From Nibricoccus sp. (lineage in GTDB: Bacteria > Verrucomicrobiota > Verrucomicrobiia > Opitutales > Opitutaceae), in the NCBI GenBank assembly GCA_047602425.1, contig JASGHG010000001.1, positions 1,504,001-1,568,000 of the forward strand: 64,000 nt of DNA. Direction: 5' to 3'. The notes under the pieces were generated by a model. It was given only the letters and a program-made list of their open reading frames with translations, was not told the origin of the DNA and made no database searches. Below, piece after piece: positions 47,943-58,060 of this stretch. Both the position numbers and the translations under genes were made by a program. Position 1 is the stretch's first letter. Each line of letters opens with the position of its first letter.

Positions 47943-48823
47943 GGTTTTGAAAAAGGGCGAAGCGCGGCGGCGACCCGGGCAGCGCGCAAGTTGGCCTGCA
48001 CATCGTGTACACGGATAAACTCCACACGCTGCCAGACCGCAAGCGCTGTTGTGGTGAGCGTGCCTTCGAGACGCTCAGCGGGTGGCAGATCGAGGATGTT
48101 ACCGATGACTGACTTTCGCGAGGCACCGAGAAGAAGCGGAAGGCCCAGCACATGCAATTCGTCGAGCCGCGCCAGCAATGCCAGATTTTGTTCGTGCGTT
48201 TTTGCGAAGCCGATCCCCGGATCGAGGATAATTTTCTCTCGCGCCACTCCCGCGCGCGCTGCCACCGCTAGCGAACGATCGAAAAATGCCAGCATGTCCG
48301 CAATCGCGTCGAGCTTGGTGGTTTTGTAAGCGGTGTCGTTGTGCATGACAATCAGCGCACAACCCGACTCGGCGGCAACGCCTGCCATTTCCGCACCGTC
48401 CGCACCCTGCAAACCATGAATGTCGTTGAGCACATGCGCTCCCGCCGCCAAAGCCGCGCGCGCCACCGCCGGTTTGTAGGTATCGATTGAGAGGGGCACG
48501 GCCGTCTTGCCCGTAAGCCCTGCGATCACGGGGACCACGCGGGCAATTTCCTCCTCGCTGGAAATTTCGACGTAACCCGGACGCGTGGACTGCCCGCCGA
48601 TGTCGAGCATCGCCGCGCCTTCGGCGACAAGCTTCAAACCGTGGGCAACAGCCGCTTCGGTCGAGGCAAAATGCCCGCCATCAAAAAACGAATCGTCCGT
48701 GATATTCACAATGCCGACCATTTTCGGCACGCCGTCCAACTCCACACTGCGTCCGCGACCCGACAAGCTGCGGCGCACCGTTTCGGCGGGTTTGGCGGCA
48801 GTTGACGTGTCCGGTTTATCCAT
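47939..48823 (-). CDS. folP: Dihydropteroate synthase
   Basis: GIVNITDDSFFDGG, STRPG, SIDT, DPGIGFAK, SRKS, RVHDV. Confidence 0.96.
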   Translation of the reverse strand: MDKPDTSTAAKPAETVRRSLSGRGRSVELDGVPKMVGIVNITDDSFFDGGHFASTEAAVAHGLKLVAEGAAMLDIGGQSTRPGYVEISSEEEIARVVPVIAGLTGKTAVPLSIDTYKPAVARAALAAGAHVLNDIHGLQGADGAEMAGVAAESGCALIVMHNDTAYKTTKLDAIADMLAFFDRSLAVAARAGVAREKIILDPGIGFAKTHEQNLALLARLDELHVLGLPLLLGASRKSVIGNILDLPPAERLEGTLTTTALAVWQRVEFIRVHDVQANLRAARVAAALRPFSKP

Positions 48824-48960
48824 GTTGGCCAAGCCTACTCGGCACCGTCGCCCCAAGACAAGGGAGCAAAATTTACAAGAAAGACTGTATGAAGCCGATG
48901 CGGTTTGACGCCGTGCGCTTTAGGGGGCATCGGATTTTATTCCACCACCCATTCCCCGCC

Positions 48961-50235
48961 ATGTTCCTCCGCTACGTACTTGCCTCATTTCTGACTCTGT
49001 TGGCGCTCGCCGCCCGCGCCGCCGATGCCGCGCCGCTGCGGATCGAGATTACCAAATTCGGCGCCGAGGGCGACGACCGCACGGTGAGCACCCAAGCCAT
49101 CCAGCAAACCATCGATCACGTTGCCAAGGCCGGCGGCGGTACCGTCGTCATTCCCGAAGGCGTTTACACCACGGGCGCACTTTTCTTCAAACCCGGCGTT
49201 AATCTCCATCTCGACAGAGACGCGGTGCTCCGCGGTTCCACTTTCATCGAAGACTATCCGAAAACCATGACGCGCATCGAAGGGCACTTCGAGGAATGGC
49301 GTCCCGCGCTGCTCAATTTCAGCAAGGTCGATGGCTTGCGCATCACGGGCGAAGGCATGCTCGACGGCTCCGGCCAGGCATTCTGGCAACTCTTCTGGAA
49401 ACGCCTTGCGGCCGATAACAAAACCAAAAATCTCGATATCGACCGCCCCCGCCTGATGTTTGTCGACAGCTGCACCAATGTCGTAATTTCCGGCATCACG
49501 CTCAAGGATTCCGGCTTCTGGAACATGCACCTTTACCGCTGTCGCGAGGTTTTGGTTGAGAAGGTCACAATCAATTCGCCCATCGGCGCGCCCAGCACCG
49601 ACGGCATCGATATTGACAGTTGCCAGAATGTCACCGTTCGCGGCTGCAGCATTTCCGTCGACGATGATTGCATTGCCATCAAAGGCTCCAAAGGTCCGCT
49701 CGCCCTCGAAGACAAGGACAGCCCGCCCGTCGAACATATCCGCGTCAACGATTGCACCTTCAATCTCGGCCATGGCGTTGTCACCCTCGGGAGCGAAGCC
49801 ACCATCGTACGCGATGTCGTGGTGGAAAACTGCCGCGTCGTCAGCTCGAGTCCAACCCGCACGAACAGTGTCGTACGCCTAAAAATGCGTCCCGACACCC
49901 CGCAAACCTACGAAGACATTCATTTCAACAACATCGTCCTCGAAGGCTACGGCAAGCTGCTCTCGATCGAACCCTGGACACAGTACTTCGACCTCAAAGG
50001 CCATCCACGCCCGAATTCGACCGTGCGCAACATCACCGCGCGCAATATCACCGGATCCTATGAAAGCATCGGCAGCATCAAACCCCACGATCACGTCAAG
50101 GTCAGCGACATCACGCTCGAGAACATCAATCTCAAGCTAAAGAATGACCGCCTGCGCCTCGGCGATGTGGAAAATCTCGTCATCAGAAACGTGATCGTGA
50201 ATGGCAAACCGCTGGCCAACCCGAACGAGAAGTAA
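48961..50235 (+). CDS. Glycoside hydrolase family 28
   Basis: Signal peptide; STDGID, DDCIAIK, GHG, RLK. Confidence 0.9.
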   Translation: MFLRYVLASFLTLLALAARAADAAPLRIEITKFGAEGDDRTVSTQAIQQTIDHVAKAGGGTVVIPEGVYTTGALFFKPGVNLHLDRDAVLRGSTFIEDYPKTMTRIEGHFEEWRPALLNFSKVDGLRITGEGMLDGSGQAFWQLFWKRLAADNKTKNLDIDRPRLMFVDSCTNVVISGITLKDSGFWNMHLYRCREVLVEKVTINSPIGAPSTDGIDIDSCQNVTVRGCSISVDDDCIAIKGSKGPLALEDKDSPPVEHIRVNDCTFNLGHGVVTLGSEATIVRDVVVENCRVVSSSPTRTNSVVRLKMRPDTPQTYEDIHFNNIVLEGYGKLLSIEPWTQYFDLKGHPRPNSTVRNITARNITGSYESIGSIKPHDHVKVSDITLENINLKLKNDRLRLGDVENLVIRNVIVNGKPLANPNEK

Positions 50236-50282
50236 GCGGATAAAATCCCCCGTCCTGGAGCGGCGGACGCCGGCCGGCCGTT

Positions 50283-51476
50283 TTACTCCATCAGGCATTG
50301 CTCCAATTCACGACGCAGTGCCTTCTCGTCCAAGTCCACTCCGATAAAGACCAGTTCCTGCCGACGGTCTCCGGGTGGCTCAATCCAGAGCTTCTCCAGC
50401 GATGCCGGCAAATCCTCGCGCCGCGCCCTGCCGCTTTCGATCATCGCCGCCCACCAATAGCTCGGAAAATCCGTGCGCACCGTACCGCCTGCCACCGACA
50501 AAAAGCCCAGTTCGTCCGGCCGTTCCGCCAGCCAGAAGAAACCTTTCGCGCGCAACAACCCTGGAGTTCCGCGCGCCAGCAATGCCTCAAACTTCGCCTT
50601 TTCGAACGGACGCCTCGCCTGAAAAACCCAGCTGGTGATTCCGTAGCGTTCGGTGTGACGCGGCGTCGCGCTGATCGCCAGCGGTTTGCCACCTTGTTTT
50701 GCGAGCAGGTTTGCGCCTCCACTCGGAATCGCATTGAGCACTTTAACCCAGCGCGCCGCACCCGGCGTCGCAGTCGGGTCAAATCGCACGCGCTCCAACA
50801 AAAACTCACGGGAAATTTGCCCCTGCTCCGCGCGGATCAACTCCGCCCGCTCACTTAAGCCGGCAACAATCGCCTCAATCTGCGCCAATTCTTTTTCTCC
50901 GACCAGATCGCACTTATTGAGAACAATCACGTCAGCGCACTCGACTTGTTCAACCATGAGTTCGAATACCGGCTGCTTCATTTCAGCTGCGGAAGCCGTC
51001 GGTGCCGGCTTCGGTTCATGCTGCACGCGCCACTCCTGCAGGAAATATGCGGCGTCGACCACACTCACCAAAGCCGACAATTGTGCAAAATCGTTCAGGC
51101 TGCGTCCGAATGGATTCTTTTGCGTAAACAGACTAGCGATTCCACGTGGTTCGGCCACGCCTGACGTTTCGACTAAAATATGTTCATAGTCTCCCTCCGC
51201 GGTCAGGCGCGCGATTGTCTCCGCAAGATCGTCGCGGTTGGAGCAACAAACGCAGCCATTCCCCAGCCCAACGATGTCGCTCCCAGGCGTCTGCGTTTTA
51301 ACCAGCGAAGCGTCAATGTTGATCGCCGCCACATCGTTCACCACCGCGGCCCAACGCCGGCCTTCCGCCTGCCGCAGCAGATGATTGAGCAATGTCGTTT
51401 TCCCCGCCCCCAAAAAACCGCACAACACCGTCACCGGAGGCCGGCTTGTGGAGGTTGCATTTTCATTGGCTGACAT
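50283..51476 (-). CDS. COG0523/CobW-family GTPase (metallochaperone)
   Basis: GFLGAGKTT, GCVCC, ETSG, LNKCD, LRAKG, RQELVFIG. Confidence 0.93.
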   Translation of the reverse strand: MSANENATSTSRPPVTVLCGFLGAGKTTLLNHLLRQAEGRRWAAVVNDVAAINIDASLVKTQTPGSDIVGLGNGCVCCSNRDDLAETIARLTAEGDYEHILVETSGVAEPRGIASLFTQKNPFGRSLNDFAQLSALVSVVDAAYFLQEWRVQHEPKPAPTASAAEMKQPVFELMVEQVECADVIVLNKCDLVGEKELAQIEAIVAGLSERAELIRAEQGQISREFLLERVRFDPTATPGAARWVKVLNAIPSGGANLLAKQGGKPLAISATPRHTERYGITSWVFQARRPFEKAKFEALLARGTPGLLRAKGFFWLAERPDELGFLSVAGGTVRTDFPSYWWAAMIESGRARREDLPASLEKLWIEPPGDRRQELVFIGVDLDEKALRRELEQCLME

Positions 51477-51538
51477 GCCTTCAATCAACACCGGTCTCCC
51501 CTCACACCGCAAATCCGTTTTTGGATATGTCTGATGGT

Positions 51539-51559
51539 GTGTAACGTATTACGTGACAC
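51539..51559. promoter_or_regulatory. 21-bp imperfect palindrome in a divergent promoter region
   Basis: GTGTAAC-GTATTAC-GTGACAC; same 7-7-7 geometry as the TTGTCAT family. Confidence 0.5.
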
Positions 51560-51640
51560 TCTCAGGACGCGGCAAAAGCCTTCTCCACGTTATAATTCCA
51601 AACTCGCCGCCGCTCTTCCTCTCGGTTTTGCTCGCGAGCG

Positions 51641-52636
51641 ATGTCGCGCTTTGCCGCCATTCTTGTTTTCTGCTTTGCGTTCGCAGCGGTCCGCGCAACG
51701 TCGCCCGTGCTGACGCTGCAAAACGAGTTACTCCCCTCGCCTGCGCCGGTAGGGGCTCATAGTCCGGAGTTTTTTTGCGATGCAAATCATGTCGTTCTTT
51801 CCTGGCGAACAAACGACGCCTTGTCTTCCGCGCGGACGTCTTTTTTCGATCCCGCGAGTCGCGTCTGGAAAACGGCGGTGAACCGTGGCGTCGCTATCGG
51901 ACAAAGAGACAATCAAGGTCGGATTGAAACCAGGAACGCAGGTCGTACCGCAAAGGCTTGGTTCGACCCGACGCCAAAAGACCCAAGCATTCAGATCACC
52001 GTCCAGCTACAACCTCACGATCATTTCTCCATGCCCTTGCGCATTGAGGACGGACGTCCCAGTGGCGATCCCGATCTAGTCCTCCTGGCCGATGGCACCG
52101 TTTTTGTGTCGTGGCCCGAACACTACAATCAAAACGAAACTGCGCTTTGGCTTCGGCGGATTTCGCCCGGCGGTGCCCTTAGCGTGCCGGTCCTGCTCAC
52201 GGTTTTTCCCGAAGGACAGCCCGGCCAACGACTCGCTCTCGTCAAAGACTTCGACGACAAACCGGCCCAGCTCTTACTCGCCTATGCCGTCGGCCAAGGA
52301 GACACTTCGCAGATCCTCACGCGTTTGCTAACGATCGATTTTGCAACCACCGCAAACCGACACAATCCGTGCAGCAACTGTCCCGACCCCGAGGATTCCG
52401 CGCGCGGATACGCACTGCGAGGACGCGTTGTCTCGATCTCTTCCACGGGCAATACCCTCGTGGCAAAACATGGCGGCATCGGCGAGATCCTGCCCGCGGG
52501 TGAAACTGAATTCAAAATCGACCCCGTCACTTTCAAAGATGCAACGCCTGGTGGCGAATTTTTCGCCCGGATTGAAAAGCGTGGCGGTGTGTGGTGGCTT
52601 TTCAGCGCCAGTTGGGTCGTGCGCGGCCAGCCTTAG
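51641..52636 (+). CDS. Exported protein with CxxC and a C-terminal CusF-like domain
   Basis: Signal peptide; NPCSNC; GYALRGRVVSI...VAKHGGIGEILPAGETEFKID. Confidence 0.6.
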   Translation: MSRFAAILVFCFAFAAVRATSPVLTLQNELLPSPAPVGAHSPEFFCDANHVVLSWRTNDALSSARTSFFDPASRVWKTAVNRGVAIGQRDNQGRIETRNAGRTAKAWFDPTPKDPSIQITVQLQPHDHFSMPLRIEDGRPSGDPDLVLLADGTVFVSWPEHYNQNETALWLRRISPGGALSVPVLLTVFPEGQPGQRLALVKDFDDKPAQLLLAYAVGQGDTSQILTRLLTIDFATTANRHNPCSNCPDPEDSARGYALRGRVVSISSTGNTLVAKHGGIGEILPAGETEFKIDPVTFKDATPGGEFFARIEKRGGVWWLFSASWVVRGQP

Positions 52637-53817
52637 CCAGCGTCAGCAAGGTTGTGCATTTCGCCCGGATCTTTTGTCAGGTCAAAACGCATCCACGTTG
52701 ATCCGTCTGCATTGAAAATTTCTTTTGTATTTTTCGAACGTTGTCCGGTCCAAATGCGATCGCATTGATGCGGCAGTCGAACCACACTCGGCATGGAAAT
52801 TTTCGTCGACGTTTCCTGAATCCTTTCCAACTGACCCGTTTTCGCAAAAATCTGTGTAAGTCTCCGCAAATCGACCAGCGAAACCGGGTCTTCGCGAACC
52901 TCGCCTCGGCCAGCGGGCAACTGTACCAGCAATGGCACGCGTACTGATTCTTCATGCGGCCAGCCCTTGCGGAACAACCCGTGCGCACCGTGCATATCGC
53001 CATGCACTGACGTAAAGACGACCATCACGCCATCGCCAACGGATCGCAAAAGTTTCCCGATTGTCCGGTCCGTCGCCTCTATATGCGCATAATATCCGGC
53101 CAACTCCCGCCGCGCTTTCTGTTCCGCGTCGCTGCCTTTTGGCACATTCGCTGGCAAAACCAGGCTTTGCGGATCGCGTGGCTTCACTCCCAGTGCAGGC
53201 GTGTCGTAAGGTGGATGCGGCGATTCGAGGCTCATCACGCAAAACAAGGGTTTTCGCGGTTGGACGCTTTTTAATTGTTCGGCAATCCAAGACCCCGTTC
53301 GTTCCGCCAATACTTCCGCCTGATAGCCGACAAACCGCGTGGGTTCGGCCAATCGTGTGCCATGCAACCACGGGTCGTTGAGCAAGAAACCGCCTTCGAA
53401 GCCTTCCCAGAAATCGAAGCCACCTCGCGCGTCTGGCGGCACGATGGTTTTTGCATGCGTTTCACCGACGAGCGCCGCCGCCGGATCGCGCTTCCCTAAA
53501 TGCCATTTACCAAAATAGGCCGTAGTGTAACCAAGGTCTCCGAGTTCGTGGGCAATCGTGCGCGCGTCGGTCGGCAACGGATCGAAATAATCGCGCACGC
53601 CGTTCTCCGGCGATAGCACACCCGTCAGCAATGTCGCCCGCGCAAAGGGTCCAAAGGGATGTGGCGTCACTGCCTGTGTGAAGTTGACCGATCGCGCCGC
53701 CAGTGCGTCGAGATTCGGCGTTCGCGCGTTTGGATCGCCCGCATAGCCAGTCGCTTGCGCCCGCCACTGCGTGGTGACGATCCACAAAATGTCAGGCTGT
53801 TCACGTATCGCATTCAT
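52633..53817 (-). CDS. Sulfatase-fold protein with a degenerate active site
   Basis: TPNLDALA, RATLLTG, YFGKWHLG, PHPPY, RVPLLV, DPGEMHNL; no CxPxR. Confidence 0.85.
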   Translation of the reverse strand: MNAIREQPDILWIVTTQWRAQATGYAGDPNARTPNLDALAARSVNFTQAVTPHPFGPFARATLLTGVLSPENGVRDYFDPLPTDARTIAHELGDLGYTTAYFGKWHLGKRDPAAALVGETHAKTIVPPDARGGFDFWEGFEGGFLLNDPWLHGTRLAEPTRFVGYQAEVLAERTGSWIAEQLKSVQPRKPLFCVMSLESPHPPYDTPALGVKPRDPQSLVLPANVPKGSDAEQKARRELAGYYAHIEATDRTIGKLLRSVGDGVMVVFTSVHGDMHGAHGLFRKGWPHEESVRVPLLVQLPAGRGEVREDPVSLVDLRRLTQIFAKTGQLERIQETSTKISMPSVVRLPHQCDRIWTGQRSKNTKEIFNADGSTWMRFDLTKDPGEMHNLADAG

Positions 53818-53824
53818 CTTCTAG

Positions 53825-53895
53825 GGTGGAGCGCATTGACCTCAATGCGCTTGAATGCCGGTCGAACCAACGCGTTGAGGTCAACGCGTACCACC
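53825..53895. repeat. REP doublet, GGTGGAGCGC-type
   Basis: GGTGGAGCGCATTGACCTCAATGCGCT (53825-53851) and AACGCGTTGAGGTCAACGCGTACCACC (53869-53895). Confidence 0.85.
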
Positions 53896-53934
53896 TCAAC
53901 GCATCCGTGCGAATCCGTGGTTGAATTCCCCTCG

Positions 53935-54804
53935 TCACTTCGCCGCAAACTCCGCCGGGACTTCAGTCACGGCCTTGATTTCGATATCGCGAAAGAAGAT
54001 TTCCGAACCTTCCATCTGGAGCAAAAGTTTTCCCCCTGTCAGCGGCTCATAACCGTCGCCCGCGGCTTTCCGCGATCCCGTGAGCCGCAGGACAACGTGG
54101 CCGTTCACGATTTGTAACGCCTCATCTCCTACGCAAACCAGTTCCAGCGTGTTCCAGCCGTCTTTTTCAAAGACCTCGCTTTTGTTGCAGCGATTCTGGT
54201 TCGGTGTTTTGGCGCTGAACATCAGCGCAGACGCCTTCGGATCGTAGACAAATTTCTTTTCATCGACTTTGCGCGCCGTGATGTCGCACGCGGTGTCCCC
54301 CACGGCCACGTACTCGCCGCAATTGCCTTCCTGAATCTGATATTGCTGATGATGCATCCAGCGTTTGCCCTCGTCGCCGTCGCCATGATTGCCGTGACCA
54401 TGATAAAGCAGGCCGGAACCGCGCGGTTTTTTCTCGGAGCCCGGGAGCCACTTCCTAGTGCCCCATTTGAATTGAAATCGCAGGTGATAATTCGAAAACG
54501 TTTCCAATGTGGCCAGTGTGCCGAAGCCTTCGCCGGATAAGCGGATTGCCGGTTTGCCATCCACTTCGACCACCGAAAAACATTTCAGCGGATCGACATT
54601 CACGCCGAGCACCTGCGTGTAGTTACCCTTCTCGTCCCGCTTCTCTCCTGGCACTTCGCTCGTCGGCAGCGGCACGCTCAGATAAGTTTCCCATCCCGTG
54701 AAGTCCTTGCCGTTGAAAAGCGGTCGCCAGGCCGCGTCCGCCGCAAAAGCCGAACCTGCCATAAGGACCATAAGAAGGCCAGGGACAAGAAAGCGTAATT
54801 TCAT
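53935..54804 (-). CDS. DUF1080 (3-keto-disaccharide hydrolase-like) exported protein
   Basis: LFNGKDFTGW, FSNYHLRFQFKW, GWNTLE, GKLLLQMEGSEIFFRDI. Confidence 0.88.
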   Translation of the reverse strand: MKLRFLVPGLLMVLMAGSAFAADAAWRPLFNGKDFTGWETYLSVPLPTSEVPGEKRDEKGNYTQVLGVNVDPLKCFSVVEVDGKPAIRLSGEGFGTLATLETFSNYHLRFQFKWGTRKWLPGSEKKPRGSGLLYHGHGNHGDGDEGKRWMHHQQYQIQEGNCGEYVAVGDTACDITARKVDEKKFVYDPKASALMFSAKTPNQNRCNKSEVFEKDGWNTLELVCVGDEALQIVNGHVVLRLTGSRKAAGDGYEPLTGGKLLLQMEGSEIFFRDIEIKAVTEVPAEFAAK

Positions 54805-54960
54805 CCCAACAGCATGGATCGGAGGCACGGGGCAGCAAACCGATTCTAGAGCTGACAGTTCGCGGCGGCGAGGTGTACCTTGACCGCTTACCGCGCCTTT
54901 TGGCCGCCGACTCGGGTGCTTTTGACACCTACCTTCGCCTGCCTTTTCATCAGTCATCTC

Positions 54961-55641
54961 ATGAACGACACCCCCATCGTCCAAATTCGCCAGCTGACGA
55001 AGATTTTCCAACAGGGCGAAATCAACGTCACCGCGCTCAACGCCATCGATCTCGAAATCAAGAGCGGCGAATTTCTTACACTCATGGGGCCATCCGGCTC
55101 GGGCAAATCCACGTTGCTCCATATCATTGCCGGGATCGATCGTCCCACGAGCGGCGACTGCATCGTGCAAGGCCGCAATATCGCCGATCTCGACGAATCC
55201 AAGCTGGCCGATTGGCGCAACCAAAACGTCGGTTTTGTGTTTCAAACTTTCAACCTCATCCCCGTCCTGAGCGCGTACGAAAACGTCGAGCTTCCTTTGC
55301 TGCTCACCCAGCTCCACTCGCGCGAACGCCGCCGCCTTGTCTCCACCGCCCTTGAAATGGTCGGGCTCGGCGATCGTATGAAACATTTGCCGAAACAACT
55401 CTCAGGTGGACAAGAACAGCGCGTCGCCATTGCCCGCGCTCTCGTCACCGATCCACAGCTCGTTGTCGCCGACGAACCGACGGGCAATCTCGACTCGCAT
55501 TCCGCGGGCGAAGTTCTGGAAATCCTCCGTTCGCTTAGTCGCACCGCCGGCAAAACCGTGATCATGGTCACGCACGATCCCAAAGCCGCTGCCTTCGGCT
55601 CACGCAGCATTCATCTCGAAAAAGGCGAACTGGTGGCGTGA
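54961..55641 (+). CDS. ABC transporter ATPase (LolD/MacB-like)
   Basis: [28 protein letters not shown]. Confidence 0.93.
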   Translation: MNDTPIVQIRQLTKIFQQGEINVTALNAIDLEIKSGEFLTLMGPSGSGKSTLLHIIAGIDRPTSGDCIVQGRNIADLDESKLADWRNQNVGFVFQTFNLIPVLSAYENVELPLLLTQLHSRERRRLVSTALEMVGLGDRMKHLPKQLSGGQEQRVAIARALVTDPQLVVADEPTGNLDSHSAGEVLEILRSLSRTAGKTVIMVTHDPKAAAFGSRSIHLEKGELVA

Positions 55642-56876
55642 AAACCATCCTCAAATTCCCGGCCCGCGTTCTCACCTTTCCATTTTGGACAATGGATTGG
55701 CTGCTCAGATCTGCGTCCAATCGTTTTGGCATGAGCGTCCCGCTTTTCGTCATGCTGAATGCGCTGCGAAACAAGCGCCGCGCTGCACTCAGCGTGCTCA
55801 GCGTCGCCGTTAGCCTTTTCCTGCTGGTCACGCTGCTCGTCGCCACGCGCGAACTTACCCAGCCCGCGGAAGACGCCGGCGCGTCGCTTCGCATCGCGGT
55901 TCGTCACAAACTCTCGCTGGCCAATTTCCTTCCTGCGCGTCAACGCTCAACCATCGAAAAAATTCCCGGGGTCGAGGCTATTACCCCACTCACTTGGTTC
56001 GGCGGACGCTTTCGCGATGAAGACACGACTTGGTTCGCCCAGTTTGCCATGGAACCGGACAAGCTCACCGCCGTTTTCGGTGAAGCCAAGCTGCCCTTGG
56101 AGCAACTTGAAGCCTGGATCGCCAATCGCACTTCCTGCATCGTCGGCGTTCAGACGGCGGAACATTACAAGCTCAAGATCGGCGACAAATTTATTCTGCG
56201 CGGAGAAATATTTCCCATCGATCTCGAACTCACGGTCGCCGGCGTTTATCAAGGGACCACCGACGACCGAAACGTTTTCTTCCACCAAAAATATCTCGAT
56301 GAAGCCATGGGATCTTTCGGCAACGTCGGCATGTGGTGGATCAAGGCTCGCTCGGCGGAGGAAGTTCCGGCCGTGATCGACCGGGTGAATGCCGCTTTTG
56401 CCAACACGTCCGCCGAAGTGCTGGCCGAGACGGAACGCGCGTTCCAGCTCAGTTTCATTTCCATGTGGGGAAATATAAAACTACTGATCATGGGCATCTG
56501 CGCCGCCGTGGTGTTTGCGCTCACCTTGGTGACCGCGAGCACGATGAGCATGGCCGTTCGGGAACGCATCCGAGAACTTTCGATCCTGAAAGCTCTCGGC
56601 TTCCGCCGTCACGAGTTGTTTGCCTTCATTCTGGCGGAGAGTTTCGGACTCGCGATGACAGGCGCTCTGCTCGGCGCGGGTGGCGCTTGGGCGTTGTACA
56701 CCTTTGTCCCTGCACCGGCGTTGACGGGCGGAATTTTCCCGATGCTTGAAGTGACGCCTCGCATTCTCGGCGTCGCCGCGACGGTGGCTGTTGCGCTGGG
56801 AATCGTCAGCAGTCTTTTCCCCGCGCTGGCCATTTCGCGGCTCAGCGTGGTCAATGGATTAAAAACTTTGGACTAA
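55638..56876 (+). CDS. ABC permease (MacB/FtsX-like)
   Basis: N-terminal TM, periplasmic domain, [16 protein letters not shown]; start may be 55731. Confidence 0.88.
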   Translation: MKTILKFPARVLTFPFWTMDWLLRSASNRFGMSVPLFVMLNALRNKRRAALSVLSVAVSLFLLVTLLVATRELTQPAEDAGASLRIAVRHKLSLANFLPARQRSTIEKIPGVEAITPLTWFGGRFRDEDTTWFAQFAMEPDKLTAVFGEAKLPLEQLEAWIANRTSCIVGVQTAEHYKLKIGDKFILRGEIFPIDLELTVAGVYQGTTDDRNVFFHQKYLDEAMGSFGNVGMWWIKARSAEEVPAVIDRVNAAFANTSAEVLAETERAFQLSFISMWGNIKLLIMGICAAVVFALTLVTASTMSMAVRERIRELSILKALGFRRHELFAFILAESFGLAMTGALLGAGGAWALYTFVPAPALTGGIFPMLEVTPRILGVAATVAVALGIVSSLFPALAISRLSVVNGLKTLD

Positions 56877-56885
56877 ACTCGCGCC

Positions 56886-58052
56886 ATGTTTCGCCTGCTC
56901 AAATATCATGTACGTTCCGCGTTGGTTCGCTGGCGTACCACGGTGGCCACGGTCGCCGGCATCGCCGTGGTGGTGTGGGTTTTCGTTTTCGTGCAATCGC
57001 TGGCGGTGGGCATCGAACTCGCCAGCGGCAACACCGGCGATCCGCGAAATCTTCTCATCACGCGCAAGGGCGCTCTCGCCGAATCCACCAGCATCGTCAC
57101 ACGCGAACAGTTCAACATCATCCGCTACTTGCCCGGCGTGGCGCGCGGTACTTCAGGAACGCCGATCGCATCCGCCGATCTCTTGGTGATCATCAATCGC
57201 CCGCGTCTCAACGGCAGCGGCAACGCCAACGTGCTCGTGCGCGGAGTTTCTCCTGCCGGCATTGAGATGCGTCCGCAAGCCGCTTTGGTCGATGGCCGTT
57301 GGTTTAGGCCCGGACAGCGGGAGGTTGTGGCCAGCCGCCGCCTCGCTGCGCGTTTCAAGGGCTTGCAGGTCGGATCGTCGTTCCAAGCGGTCGGGCAAAC
57401 ATTGACGGTCGTCGGCCTCTTCGATGCGCAACGCAGCGCGTTCGATTCCGAAGTCTGGATGGACGCCGATGAAGCCCGCAACGTTTTCGACCGTGCCGAT
57501 TACGGCAGCATATTGTTGCGTCCCATCGACGAAGCAGGAGCGGTAGCTTTTAAAAAAGCCATCGAATCTGACAAGCGGCTGAAAATGAAAATTTCCCGCG
57601 AGGTCGACTACTACAAGGAACAAACCCGCACCGCTCTCCTTCCTCGATATCTCGGACGGTTTCTCGCCGTTGTGATGTCGATTGGCGCGGTGTTCGCCGC
57701 GATGAACACACTTTACGCCAGCGTCGGCGCACGCACACGCGAAGTCGGCACCTTGCGCGTCCTGGGTTTTCGACGACGCAATATTCTCTTCGGCTTCCTC
57801 GTCGAAGGCGCATTGCTCGCCGGAATCGGCGGCGCAATCGGTTGTGTGATCGCGTACCTTTCCGCGGACGGATACAGCGTCGGGACGTTCGGATTCGAGA
57901 CGTTTTCCGAAACGGTCTTCGATCTCAAAGTCACTCCCGCACTCGCTTTACGCGGCTTCGTATTTTCGCTCATACTCGGTCTCGTCGGCAGCTTTCTCCC
58001 AGCGTTACGCGCCTCGCGCCTGCCCGTCATCTCATCGCTCAAAAGCGCCTAA
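56886..58052 (+). CDS. ABC permease (MacB/FtsX-like)
   Basis: RTREVGTLRVLGF, PALRASRL. Confidence 0.9.
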   Translation: MFRLLKYHVRSALVRWRTTVATVAGIAVVVWVFVFVQSLAVGIELASGNTGDPRNLLITRKGALAESTSIVTREQFNIIRYLPGVARGTSGTPIASADLLVIINRPRLNGSGNANVLVRGVSPAGIEMRPQAALVDGRWFRPGQREVVASRRLAARFKGLQVGSSFQAVGQTLTVVGLFDAQRSAFDSEVWMDADEARNVFDRADYGSILLRPIDEAGAVAFKKAIESDKRLKMKISREVDYYKEQTRTALLPRYLGRFLAVVMSIGAVFAAMNTLYASVGARTREVGTLRVLGFRRRNILFGFLVEGALLAGIGGAIGCVIAYLSADGYSVGTFGFETFSETVFDLKVTPALALRGFVFSLILGLVGSFLPALRASRLPVISSLKSA

Positions 58053-58060
58053 TTTCCCCC

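Noticed and set aside
47584..48153. FolK as a 356-aa fusion; similar long N-terminal extensions on DUF1080, the LpxL-like gene and GT2
   Set aside because: The extensions overlap neighbouring genes; internal starts at stop/start overlaps or signal peptides fit better
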